A stretch of DNA of 63,346 nucleotides, filler included, from Kipferlia bialata (taxonomy: Eukaryota), in the NCBI GenBank assembly GCA_003568945.1. It is 3 parts of 3 records of this genome, joined end to end, with 100 filler letters (N's around TTAATTAATTAA, not from the genome) between each part and the next. Parts side by side here need not be neighbours in the genome. Positions count along the whole stretch, not along the records: positions 1 to 23,341 come from BDIP01000260.1; positions 23,442 to 46,769 come from BDIP01000261.1; 1 more part is not named here. One strand, given 5' to 3'. The notes under the pieces were generated by a model. It did no database searches and had not been told where the DNA came from. It was given only the letters and a program-made list of their open reading frames with translations. Shown here in pieces: positions 10,066-23,909 of the stretch; position 1 is the stretch's first letter, and the number at the start of each line of letters is the position of its first letter. Position numbers and translations under genes: made by a program.

Positions 10066-13000
10066 TCAGTCCCACGAGAGCTGCTCTCCGCTGACACTGT
10101 CGAAGGTATGTCTCTCCTCCCACCTGGCCACCTCGAGCAGTGAGTGCTTGATACCATGCCAATAGTACCAGTCCGACTCCATCTCATGCCCGTACTTACA
10201 ACGGCCAATCCCTGGCTCCCCTGCATACCCACTTCCAACGCAACGCCTCTCTCCCCCACCTCCTCCTACGGGCAGTGTAGGAGTATCTACATCAGTTAGA
10301 TCCTCTAGTGCGTCAGTGAGAATACTGGAGCCCTGTGTCTGTGCGACTAGAGTGGGGCTCCCTGAGAATAGTTCCTCTACCAGCTGTGTATTGCGGTTGA
10401 GGATGTTCTGTGGAACAGAGGCCAGCTTACGTAGGTCACGTAAGGGAGTCACTCTCTCTACAACAGGGCCTCCGAAGTGGTCTCTTGGTTCCTGCTCCTC
10501 CTCCTCCATGTGCTCCTCGTATCGCTGCATGTACAGACAGCCAGAGATAGCATGGGGTCAAAAGGACTGAAATATCAATGATGTCAATGATGTCAATGAT
10601 TCCGTGATATATATTAATATATGTCTGTATTCTACCTCATAGTGTGTCTGTCCAGTGAGTACCAGACCCTCAACAGCACATATAATCATTACTTATGTGT
10701 AGGTGTGTATATATACACACGTGTTACCTCTGACAGGGCCTGTCCAGTGAGTACCAGACCCTCAGCTGTCTCTATGTGAGTTGTCAGGTACTCCTGCTGT
10801 TAGACAGTTTTACAGGAGTTGCAGGATCCCTTTCAAGTGACAGTAACACTACACAAGTCTTGAAATGTAACCCTACCTCCATTGTCATTCCAGGAGATAA
10901 ATACTAGAAGGTATGTTGTGTACATATGATTCTAAGACTCACCTCCAGTGCCACTCTGGGTGGTGCGTGTATCGGCCAGCAGAGGATGTTGTGGATGTAG
11001 CTCATGGCAGCGGACCACCTATATTAAGTCTAGTAAATAGGACACTATTTCTTATCACTCCCTACATATATATGTGAATGTATACAATACTTGTACTTAT
11101 GGCATGTTGTGCATGTAGCTCATGGCAGCACACCACCTGTGTTTAGGTTGTACTCAGAATTGGAATAATATATTATATATATTGTACTACTGTAATGTGT
11201 GTCTCTCTCAGTGATGTTGTGCATGTAGCTCATGGCAGCACACCACCTATACTAAGTCGAGTAAATAGGACAGTGTCACTCCCAACATATATATGTATGT
11301 ATGTATAGAACTACTTGTATTGAGGGCTTGCTGTGGATACATATAGCTCATGGCAGCACACCACCTGTGTTTAGGTAGTACTAGGAATTGGAATGATATA
11401 TATTGTACTACTGTTATGTGTGTCTCTCTCAGTGATTATAGTGCCTACTATCACCAAGACTAGTGTCGTAGCACACTCACTGTTGTAACTCTCTCGTATA
11501 CTTATGTGTATGTATCACTAGTAAGTTCTCTTCCTAACACATGGTATGTGTCCCATACCTACTCGCCATCCTGTAGAGCGTGTTGCTACTGGCCTGGTCC
11601 TGGGATCAGTGTATCTCCAGTATATGCATCATATAGCAGTATTCATATATATACGGGCTGTTTAAGATAATACATGCTTTCGATACCTCAGGTGTCAAGC
11701 TAGCAGCATAGCTGACGAGTCCCTCATTGATGCCGTGTCTGATGCACAGGTCAAGGGCAGGGTTGGCCTTGCTCTCATCCCACACCCCGTCTGATATGAG
11801 GATGGCAGCTATATATATATATATATATAGATACATATACGTATGTATGCGTTACAATATACCTGACACTGAGTCACTCAGGATAGCAGGCAGGACCCGT
11901 CTCATAGTCAGGAGGGAGTAGGCATCTTTCTGGTGGATAGTGTCACCTGGGAATGAGTGGTATGTTAATGTAGTAAATGTATAAGTGCGAATACATGTAT
12001 GGGGAGTACGTCTAAGTTTTTACACATCTCTCTGGTGTATATATGTCACATAGGTCGGAGTGCGATTCTGTACATTATTATGAACAATGAACAATAGGTA
12101 TCAGTATCAAGTCCTGATTCAGGAGGCCATTGTATCAGAGTCAGTTAATACTCGCCTGACGAGAGTAGGCTGATGACGAAGCGTAGCAGGGGTGCCTCGC
12201 TATCTGTCATGACACCATTGACAGCAGCAGTGACCTGAGGTAAGAGTACTATGTAAAACAGAACTAATTACTATACCGAGCCATATTGTAACCAGCCAGG
12301 CATCATGCACAGCCGCAGAGACCTGACATGAGTGTGTCTTCCAATGTATATGAGTCAGAAGTTATATATGAGGAGGAATTGTATTATAAATTACTATATA
12401 TATATACTACTATTATATATATACTGTTATACTATATATGTACTATTGTATATTATATATATACATTAGTGTATTTCTACCTGGTCTTGTGTGAGTTGAT
12501 GCACAGCACTCATCATGGACTCGGATAGTTCAACAGCGGGGTATATGCTGCTCTGACGCCTGTGCAGCCCATAGATGTAGGGCTGCAGCTGCTCTTGCTC
12601 TGGGTGTCAGAGGTGCTGTATGTGATAATGATACTAACTCAAAATATATCATACTGAGCTGTTTCAATAATACCTCAATGATTGTAAATATAGATACCTG
12701 TATCACTAAGACACAAGATGCATGACGGAGGGTGGGGTCCCATCTTCAGAGAGCTGTAGGCCAGACAGCGAAGGATGTCTGTGCCAGTGCGTCTGGGATT
12801 AGTAACTAATACCTGGGATACCAATACATTTGGGAGTTTCCCATTGGTAACGCCAATACAGATGCAAGACACATTAGCAAATGCCTCACAACAATGTGTA
12901 TTCATCAAAACATGACGAGTGATACCAGGTCATTGCCTGCTATATCATATAGGCAACAACAAGGTGTGGGGAGATATAGATCTCCCACATAGGTGGTACA

Positions 13001-16000
13001 TGCATAAGTGTAGAGTAAGAGTATACAGGAGTATACAAAGTGTATGTGATACCTCATCATTGCCTGCTCTCTCTCATCGATAGTACATGCATAAGTATAT
13101 AGTGAGATTATATATGAATAGACATAATACATGGATACTTCGTCATTGCCTGCTCTATCTCCCATCGATGTAGTACACGCTAAAGTATATAGTTGAGAGT
13201 ATATATGAATAGACAGGATATATGGTGTATATATATAAATGTACATATACATACCTCTTCATTGCCTGCTCTATCTCCCACACTGTCAGGTTGTCGACTG
13301 GGTCCGCGGCTCTGCCAAACCTGTTGTTACTACATACAGTCACCCACCCACATATATATATATGCGTATGTATGTGTATATAGATACCTCCCCTCTCCCC
13401 CATATGCCGTGTAGTCCAGTCTGCTCAGTGACTGCTCCAGTGCATCATAGGTATCGTAAGAGACATATTCCCTGGGGTTATAGTGTGAGTATATGTGCAC
13501 TATATGTGCACTATAGTATATCAACGTTATCAGTGGATACATAGACCCTGAAGTTAGAGCATGAGATCATACGCCCTTGAAGACGGCAACAGTGATATAC
13601 TAATGATATATATCGTAGCACTACGAGGATTTATTAATGTACACATCTGAGCTAGATAATACTTCGAATTGACTGCCTTTAGAAGTGTAATAGCCAAATG
13701 TACTACATGCTATACCTTAGACGAGGCAGGTCTTCTACCAGGTATCTTTCTGCCTCTGTATGTAGTCTCAGCTGCATCCGACAGGATCTAGGGTGGGAGG
13801 ATAGAAAAGATGAACTCTAGGAATGTATATATATGTACTATTCTCCAACCTGTGCTTCGTGATGCTATTCAGTATAGAGGCAACACCTGACGCCACAGGG
13901 TCTTCCTCACTCTCCCCCTGAACCCCGTATATAAAGTGTAATCTCGCTCTGAGAGACTCTCTCCTCAGGCATAGACGCGTGTCCCTCCTCTGGTTCTCCC
14001 TCTCTCTCCCTTTGTCTATCTTCGTCTCTGTCGATCTCTCCCACTGTACTGGTTGCACACATCCACCTGCATGTCGGACAGCCACACACATAAATTACAT
14101 GGATATAGAAACAGGTCTATACATATTACACAGTCACATTAATGAATGAATAATTATATCACTGTCAAGCATCCATACCTGTTAACCAACCCCCCCTCCA
14201 CCATGGCCTGGGTACATGCCATACTAGGGGTACCCTCTACGGAGAGCAGGGCAGGCTGAGGCACACTCCCTCTGCGGTATATGGTCTCTGGCTTGTAACA
14301 CCAGAGTGGCACAGGAGGGGAGCAGGCGATATCAGTCCTGACCACTGCACCAGCAAGCCTCAGCACCAACTCTACAGTGGAGATTGGTGTATTGGCATCA
14401 TCTGCCACTGTCTGGACCAGTGTGTGCAGAGCACATGCAACCTCATCAGAGAGACACATGGTGTAGGGAGAGGCAGGGTCATCTATCAGCTCGAGCAGGT
14501 CTCCTAATATAGAGGGGTCAGTAACAGCTGCTGTAACAACACTGCTTAGGTACCCCGCCCAAGCTGATATAACGTCTGATGACAGAGCAGCCACATCAGC
14601 CTCTCTCTCCCTCTTCCTCCTACTCCCTGCTCTAATCTGTAGCATCATTGGATCAGACACTGATGGCTTATCTGGGAGGGGAACAGTAACAGCATCAGGT
14701 AGGGTAGCACCGACACGCTGTGCTAGAGACACCACCTTCCCCACACCTAGTGCATATAGTACAGAAGTGGGCCACTCCCTGTTAGTCCCAAGGGCGTTGA
14801 ACATCAGGCAGAGTAGCGTGGCCTCTTGATAGCCAGGGGGGTTCTGTGTGGAGATACACTCTCCTAGTCTCTGTACCAGCCCACTCCCCCACACAGCCTC
14901 CGCTGCCTCGGAAGTATCAAGAGCTGCTCTTGATATATCTCTTGATTCAAGAGCAGTAGAGGATGATGGTACCTCACTTCTCTTTGGTGGTTGCAGGATA
15001 GTGGCAAGGCACTTGAGAGCTCCGTCAGGGATTTCAGGATGCCTGTTGCAACATGCAATACGAGAGACACATCCGGCTATCCCAGCACACTCCACACTAG
15101 AGAGAGTGTAGGGCACGTACGTCCTCTCCCATGATGGACGCTTTGGGGGATGTACCCCGTGGCCAGAGTCCTTTAGCCAGTGTGACGTGACCTGGAGTAA
15201 ACAGGTTGTTGATGTTAGACCATCCCAAAATAGACATCGTATTACCAATGTAACACTAACGTATGCTGTATCATTGTAGTCATCAGATTCTCTGTTATAG
15301 TGACTATTACGATTGGTACTGAATCAAACTGCACACAACGTAAACTGGATATCCCAGTGTTGGTCATTATAAATATATAATATATATATATATATATAGT
15401 ATATATTATTATTATATATATAATTAATGGAGTGAGAGTCCTAACCTTGAGAGCGTTGGTGATGAGTCTTGGGTAGGTGTCACTATTGACAAAGAAGTCA
15501 GTCAACCACGGCCTCTCTGCATCTCTCTCCAGTATCTGGTAGACAGGTATCAGACACCGGAGGAGCTGCATCCTCAGCCTATCAAGTGCTCCGTGTCTCC
15601 CTTCCAGCAGTCTATCCTGATGGGCGTCCCAAAGACGGGTCCTCTCTTCATACGGTATGGTACGTGGAAGCATCATCTCATTCTGGCCCTCATTGCTGCT
15701 CTGCCATGAACTAGCTAGGTGCCCCTGCCACATGACGAACAGGTCACAGGACCCTACGATATCCAGGGTGGCTATGCATATCATCTGAGAGTGAATATAT
15801 TGATTTGTATATGAGAGGAATATCTATGCACTCCAGGGTGGTTATAAATACTACCTGTGTGAGAGTGGTTTTGATACAATGATGCTGACTATGTGAGAGA
15901 GTCGAGTAGTAATATTTAGTACATCCTGAATCGTTCAGGTACTATTCCGACACATACTATACTCAATGAAGGTAAATATACGAGAGAGTGGGGTTGGATA

Positions 16001-17010
16001 TATATAGACGATATACTATTCACAGTGTGAATTCACACACACACATATATTCATACTGAGTCAGTAACTGACCTGTGAGAGATTGAGTCTCTCTCCATTA
16101 TGGTGGAGAGGGTCACGCCAGGCTGCAGTGCAACACATGTCTTGCCCAGCATCACTCTCTAGTGTACCCAGGCACAGGCTCCCTAGCTGCGGTAGCACAT
16201 CACTGTCGACTAGAAGCTCAATGGCTCGTCTGCCCTTTGGTGAGTAGAACATGTAGTGCTACTTATATCGTTTATACTAATTATATATACATATTGAAAA
16301 AAAATACAATATGTCTGCCCTTTGGTGAGTAGGTTGTATTGCCATAGTGACCACATTGTTGTATATTGTGAGGAGGTAAGGAAACACAATGGTAGTGTGA
16401 ATTCCCCCCCCCTATCAATGAGAACTGCGTCATGGAATAGTATGTGCACAAGTCGTGATACTCATTGTATAGTACTTAGTACATTATTCACATTGTATAC
16501 ACATATTCCGAGTATTGTACCCCTGTGCGCTGTAAGTGGGACCTATGTGTATGTGTGTGGATGTATATATGCATTACATGCAGGCGAGTGCACTGAATAC
16601 TTGTGCTCTGAGAGTAGTACATATGTATATATAAATGTGTGGGCATAAGCATTACCTGCAGGCGTGTGCACTGTGGAGATACCCCCCCTATGGCAGCAAC
16701 CAGGGTCTGGGCAGCTGTGTGCAGAGTGTATGCAGAACAACTACCGCTGTGCATAGTACCTAGTGTCAGTATCAGTATCATCATCTCTAAATCTACTTAG
16801 TATACTGATACCTAGTGCATAGTGTCTGGCTGCACATACTCCCTCTCTCCTCCCCCCCTCTCTCTCTTGCGCATCTGATGTACTCTCATGATCTGCCTTC
16901 TCTCTCTCTCTCTCCACCCCTCTCTCCCCGGTATCTTGCAGTGCAGTAGACATCGCTGAGAGGGCGGTTGCTAAGCTCTCTAGCTCAGGACACGGATCAC
17001 TCTCTGTCAT
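10066..17010 (-). CDS. Large multi-exon hypothetical protein, probably alpha-solenoid (ARM/HEAT-like)
   Basis: Start MTESDPCPELESLATAL. Long exons near 14179-15191, 15446-15785 and 10066-10536 plus many short GT-AG exons encode amphipathic helical segments (ALKCLATILQ, VELVLRLAGAVV, GINEGLVSYAASL). It could be two genes. Confidence 0.5.
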
Positions 17011-17318
17011 CTCTGTCTATGAGAGCGAGAGAGCGAGAGAGCGAGAGAGTGAGTGAGAGAGAGATACGATTTGATGCCGTCAGAAGATCCAAAATCGGAT
17101 TTTCCGACGAACGTTCAGTGACGTTTCATTGAATTATGATAGCTATGTATGTATTGGAGGTATATATAATACACATGGAGTAATATGACTCTTTGAATTG
17201 AACAACCCTACTAGATAGTAGGCCTAATGGCCAGGTTAACAAACGACTTCACACGTATATATTTACTTTCCAACTACACCACAAACAATATGATGTGACA
17301 GCATCACGTGTCACAAAC

Positions 17319-17349
<31 letters not shown>

Positions 17350-17360
17350 GTAGACCCTTT

Positions 17361-18591
17361 TCATGGAGAGAATGCAAAGATGTCGTCATCGAAGAGGTCA
17401 GTGCTGACCTGGGGGTGAGGAGAGAGTGGCAATGTATAATACATATACTACATTTATACTATATGAACCTTATAGTATAGAGTATACCTGCTGCTGCTGC
17501 ATCCTGCGCCTCTTGCTCCTGAGTGCACTCCTGCCAGAGTGGCCGGACAGGTAGGGGTTGACACCCTGATATTAAGGGTCTAGAGAGAGAGAGAGAGAGA
17601 GAGAGTACTGTACGGATGACCGGACAGGTAGGGGTTGAATTGACACCCTGAAGATAACAACCAATTGATGCATATATACACATAAACACAACTATCACAA
17701 GAGAGACTCGTGCCTCAGACCCTGCGTCTACATATACATGCTATACCCCCACTAGTATATGTATATACATTTTCATAAATATACCTGAGACCCTGCGTCT
17801 CTCTTGTTGCCAGGTGTCCTGTGCATGGTGGGCTCTCTCTCCTCTTCTCTCTCTCTCTCTGCCTCAGCTGCTCTGGACTGACTCTTGCGGGAGGAGCGTC
17901 TGGGACGGCCTGGAGGGTTAGATACACTGACACATAGATACATATACATATACAGGTATCCTTAAATATACATATATTTAGAGGAGCGTCGGGGACGGCC
18001 TGGAGGGTTAGATACCTTGCAGATATATAGATATATATATATGTAGAGAGAGAGAGACACATATACATAGAGGAGCGTCTGGGACGGCCTAGAGGGTAAG
18101 ACATACAGCAGATATACATACATATATACATACATACATACATACATATATATATATCGGAGCGTCTCGGAGTGCCTGTGGGGTTAGATACACAGACAAA
18201 GAGATATATATGTACATATACTATGTATCCATGTACATAATTGTATATACCTCTTCCCCCAGGTGTGCGCCTTGTCACATTGGGCTGATCCTCCTCTCTC
18301 CTCCTGCCTCTGGCCTTGGGCCTAGAGGTTAGACAGAAGCAATAAGGGGGTAGAGAGAGGGAGGGAGAGAGAGACGCACACAGAGAAGGTAAACCTATTC
18401 AATTCAACATTATAGTAGACACAGTATACATATAGTGGCTGCCCCTGGCCTTGGACCTAGGGTTAGAGAGAGAGAACATATCCACATACATCCGTAAATA
18501 TACATAATGTAGCGATAGAGAGAGATAGAGAGAGAGCGTATACAATATCCGTACTTGTGTCTGACTGGCTGGTCCCCACTGAGACTGACAT

Positions 18592-18623
<32 letters not shown>

Positions 18624-19046
18624 TTATATATATATATACTTAAACGTATATATATGGAGAGAGAGATAGTACAACTATACAGAGACACATGTCCGTACTT
18701 GTGTCTGACTGGCTGGTCCCCACTGAGACTGACAGACCTCTCGAGGGCCCACAGACCCTGGGGGGTTAGAGAGCATATAGACTATAGTGTAATCAATACG
18801 AAGTATATACACAATACATGTAAAAATGGTAGAGAATACAGTACCTGAGACTCCGGCTGGTCTGACACCATGACTGATGATATAATAATGAGTACTTATA
18901 TATATACCCTATTTGAGTATATATAGTATATACTACATATACATACTATATATATACAATATCATACCTGAGACTCTGGCTGGTCTGACACCATGGCCAC
19001 AGTGGACTGGAGGGACGTGCCTAGGGTGAGAGAGAGATGGATATAT

Positions 19047-19079
<33 letters not shown>

Positions 19080-20654
19080 AAGAGAGAGAGAGAGAGGGAG
19101 AGAGAGACCATGGCCACTGTGGACTGGAGGGAGGTGCTTAGAGTAAGGTATATATATATATATATATATACAAAGAGAGAGAGAGAGAGAGACAGGCCTG
19201 GGGTGAGATATGTAGTGGTCGAAAGAGATACATGAGAGAGAGGACATGTATACATACACATGTACCTAGCAGGTCTGCACTTGTGGCTGGACTGGCAGCC
19301 ATCCTCTCCCTCTCCCTCTCTCTCTCTGCCTCCTCATCCCTGCTGGGGGTGAGAGCGGAATACAATACCCATCACAAGTACATACATATACATATACATA
19401 TATATATATATATACATACATAATCCACTCACTCTCTGCTGGGTGTTGAGGGTGCAGTGAGGGCCAGCGTATACACGTATATACATCTAGATATGTATAT
19501 GATATACATATATGTATATATATATATATATATATATCCACTCACTCTCTGCTGGGTGTTGAGGGTGCGGTGAGGGCCAGGGACTTGCGGTCCATGCTCT
19601 TGCTGGGAGGTGAGACAGTAGCAAATAAGACTATATACAATATCACACATATCTATACAGAGAGACAGATACAGAGATAGCGGTCCATGCTCTTGCTGGT
19701 GGTGAGATACAAGTACAATACAAGATATACTAGTGCATTTAAGGAGAGAGAGAGAGATATCAATGTTATACTGGAGATGATAATTGTATGATTACTCTGT
19801 TACGTAATGTGTACAAATAGAGTGCATAGGTGGTGACCTGCCTCTTGACGCAATACAATTGAATGAGAGAGAATACATATATGTATACACATACACATGT
19901 GTACCTGCGAGACTTGGCCACTCTGCCACTGTATACAATATATATATACATTGTATACATTATATATAAATATATGCATATCTATATCTATATATATACA
20001 TACATATACATACAATACCTGCGAGACTTGGCCACTCTGCCACTGTACGACCTCTCCCTCTCCCTCTGTGTGTGGGTGGGACTAGAGGGGGGTCTGTCGG
20101 AGTCCCTAGGGGTCAGGGATACTATACACACACACATAAATATGTATATATACATTACATATATAAGACATAACGGGGTTGAAGGGGGGTCTGTCGGTGT
20201 CCCTGGTGGTGAGATGTATATGTGGGATACATCATATATATACACTGTCAGTCCCTAGCGGCGAGGGAACCTCATGAAGTACATAGATATAAAGATATAT
20301 ATACATACACCCATACATATAAACACAATAAAGAAATCAGAGGAGGGGGGTCTGTCGGAGTCCCTGGTGGTGAAGGATACATAATGATGACACAAAAGTC
20401 CGAAAGGATGTATGAAGCAAGTGTTATACATATATATACATTTATACATAATGCCTCTTACCTGTCCATCACGAGGGGAGTAGTGTCGTTGACTGTCTGT
20501 GTGCCAGATATCAGGGGCATGGTGCTCATACCACTCTCTACCTCTCTCTCTCTCTCCCTCTCCCTCTCTCCCACACTCAGGATGTTGATGGAGGTGGGGG
20601 TGGAGTGGGTGCTGGCTGTGAGACAAATGTACACACATATATATACTATATACC

Positions 20655-20686
<32 letters not shown>

Positions 20687-22125
20687 CCATTACTATATAC
20701 TCAGGATGTTGATGGAGGTGGGGGTGGAGTGGGTGCTGGTATTAGAAATTCATACACACATATATGAATACCATATATGAATACCATATACCATATATAT
20801 ATAGATATATATATTACAATATATCACTATATACTCAGGATGTTGATGGATGTGGGGGTGGAGTGGGTGCTGGGGGTAAGGGGATGTATACATGTATATA
20901 TACATAGATATATACTATATATACCACCCCATACCTTGTAGATGATGCACTGCGACGGGATGCACGCTGACTGCGCACACTCTTCTGGGACTGGTGGTAA
21001 GTGTATAAATGTACAATACTTATATACTATATATACATTTATGATGAAGAAAACGCAATAATAGAAGAGTCACTCCATATATATCGAGTGAATGCAAAAT
21101 TACGTATATGTATTTAATAATAATACCTTGTGGGCCACTGTGACCCGCTCTGCCTCTCTCTCCCTGTCCCTCTCTCTGAGCCTCTCGGCATCACGCTCAG
21201 CAGCCTGAGGTGAGATATAGACGGATAAGACACCAATGTGAACATATATATGTATATATGGATGAATATACTATACTGCTTACTCACCTGCAGGTCCCCT
21301 GTGAGCACTCTCTCCCTCTGCTGCAGGGCAGATATCTGAGGGATGGGAGGGTATGTATGTGTATGTATATATATGTGTGTGTATGTATTACTATATAANN
21401 NNNNNNNNNNNNNNNNNNNNNNNNNNNNNNNNNNNNNNNNNNNNNNNNNNNNNNNNNNNNNATATAAAAGAGTATATATGTGAGAACCCTCGCCCTCTGC
21501 TGCAGGGCAGATATCTAGGGGGTGAGAGGGTATGTATGAATATGTATATATCTAAACATACATGAGATCTGAGCTCCTTGGCTGGGTTGGTAAGCTATCT
21601 CTCTCCCTCTCTCTCCATATATGTATTAATATACCTATATATAAATTCTATATAATCCTACATACGGATAATAATACCTGAGATCTGAGCTCCTTGGCTG
21701 TGTTGGCACCCTCAGACAGGGCAGCCTGGGGGGAGAGGGGACAGGCATGTATATATCTAGTTATATGTAAATATACATGAACATATTAATATACTATTGA
21801 ATGTGAGAATGCTATAGTATATGTGTTGGACCCCTCAGACAGGGCAGCCTGGGGGGAGAAGATATACACAATACCCTGCTCATGATAGATGTATATATAG
21901 TGAGATAGTCCCTCACCTTGAGATCATTGACCTCCTCCCTGCACTCTGCCACCCTGGCATACTATGTATACATACATGACACACGACTATATATATTATA
22001 TAGTATATGATTATATATATATATATATATATCATATATACATGTATGATATATTACCTTCAGGTCATTGACCTCCTCCCTGCACTCTGCCACCCTGGCA
22101 TACTATATATATACTACATATATGG

Positions 22126-22163
<38 letters not shown>

Positions 22164-22235
22164 TATATGTACCTTTAGTCCGTTGACCTCCTCCCTGCAC
22201 TCTGCCACCCTGGTATTCTATATACAAATATATAC

Positions 22236-22266
<31 letters not shown>

Positions 22267-23310
22267 CCCTTATATATATACACATATATATATGTACCTT
22301 CAGGTCATTGACCTCCTCCCTGCACTCTGCCACCCTGGCACACTATATATATACTACATATATGGTATATATATATATATATATATACAGTACCTTCAGG
22401 TCATTGACCTCCTCCCTGCACTCTGCCACCCTGGCATTGCACTGACGGGCAAGGGTCTCAGACTGATGTCAGTATGAATATATTATTATATATGGTTATT
22501 ATACAGTGGATACAAATATAATGACACTCACAAATACATAAATACATGTGTACACTCCAGATACATGCACTGACGGGCAAGGGCCTCAGACTGGGGTCAG
22601 TATGTATATACATAGAGACATATCCATATATACACACTGTGTATATAGGCACTGGCGGGCAAGGGCCTCAGACTGATGTCAGTATATGCACATGAATACT
22701 ATATACAAGAATACAAATATACTGTGGATATGTGTACTGTAGATATGTGTTCTGTGCAGGGCAAGGGTCTCAGACTGATGTGATAGTATATATATATATA
22801 TAGACACACATCCATATATACACAGTGTATATAGGCACTGACGGGCAAGGACCTCAGACTGAGGGTGAGTGTATACAGCCTATCTATAGAGTAGAAGGTA
22901 TTAACATACATGATATGTACTGTATATATACACATATTTACATACATATACCTGCTCCCTGGCCCCCTCCCTCTCTCTCTGTCTCTATATACATACATAC
23001 ATATATATATATATCTGTCTCTCTCTCTATAAATATATATTATTATGTATACATATATATACCTGCTCCCTGGCCCTTGCCATGGCCTCTCTCTCTCTCT
23101 CTCTCTGTATGTACATATATATATCTATATTAATATATACATATATACACCTCCTCACTGAACCTTGCCATGGCCTCTCTCTCTCTCTCTCTCTCAATAT
23201 ATATATTAGTATATAATGCTATGCATGTATATAAATATATTCTTAATAGTGGTGATACATACCTGCTCCCTGGCCCTTGCCATGGCCTCTCTCTCTCTCT
23301 CTCTCTCTCT
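17361..23310 (-). CDS. Coiled-coil protein with basic, S/TP-containing C-terminal tail (5' part cut off by scaffold end)
   Basis: Short exons give SETLARQCNARVAECREEVNDLK, AALSEGANTAKELRSQ, ISALQQRESAHRDLQ, then a tail ...VTRRTPGGRGRPRRSSRKSQ...GVNPYLSGHSGRSALRSKRRRMQQQQVSTDLFDDDIFAFSP*. Confidence 0.6.
21937..22865 (-). repeat. Exon-echo arrays on both sides of exon ~22394-22462
   Basis: Four downstream copies of GCCAGGGTGGCAGAGTGCAGGGAGGAGGTCAATGACCTGAAG/gt-like sequence (near 21937, 22057, 22172, 22297). Four upstream copies of cag/TCTGAG(A/G)(C/T)CCTTGCCC (near 22570, 22650, 22757, 22837). Confidence 0.9.
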
Positions 23311-23341
<31 letters not shown>

Positions 23342-23441
23342 NNNNNNNNNNNNNNNNNNNNNNNNNNNNNNNNNNNNNNNNNNNNTTAATTAATTAANNN
23401 NNNNNNNNNNNNNNNNNNNNNNNNNNNNNNNNNNNNNNNNN
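23342..23441. other. Artificial scaffold linker (N44-TTAATTAATTAA-N44)
   Basis: Exactly 100 nt, with an all-frame stop cassette at 23386-23397. Identical to the linker at 46770-46869. Confidence 0.95.
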
Positions 23442-23442
23442 C

Positions 23443-23499
<57 letters not shown>

Positions 23500-23909
23500 A
23501 CAATATATTTATGTTACATATACCTGTCTATATATACATGTCTGACCCAGGACTGCAGGTCCAGTCCTGGTAATATATAGAATTCATATATATGTATAGT
23601 ATATAGTGAACCGTATTTAGTATAGTGCGTATATATATCATAAATATATGAATATACCTGTCTGACCCAGGACTGCAGGGCCAAACCAGGTACACACATA
23701 TGTATGTATTTATAGCATCGAGTATATATATATATATATGTATATATATGTGTATACGTGTATATGTATACATATATACCTGTCTGACCCAGGACTGCAA
23801 GGCCAAACCAGGTACCTAAATATACTAATATATCTGTATGTATTTATAGTATCGCATGTATATGTATATAATGTTTGTATGTTTGCATGTATATACCTGT
23901 CTGACCCAG

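Noticed and set aside
16741..16815. Apparent frameshift between ORFs 16741-17010 and 16488-16784
   Set aside because: Explained by a short GT-AG intron (gtatcag...ctgacactag).
21399..21461. N-run (also 45360-45438)
   Set aside because: Ordinary within-scaffold assembly gaps in repetitive introns.
23386..23397. Palindromic TTAATTAATTAA (also 46814-46825)
   Set aside because: Artificial all-frame stop linker between scaffolds. Gene neighbourhood across it is meaningless, so no cluster was inferred across linkers.
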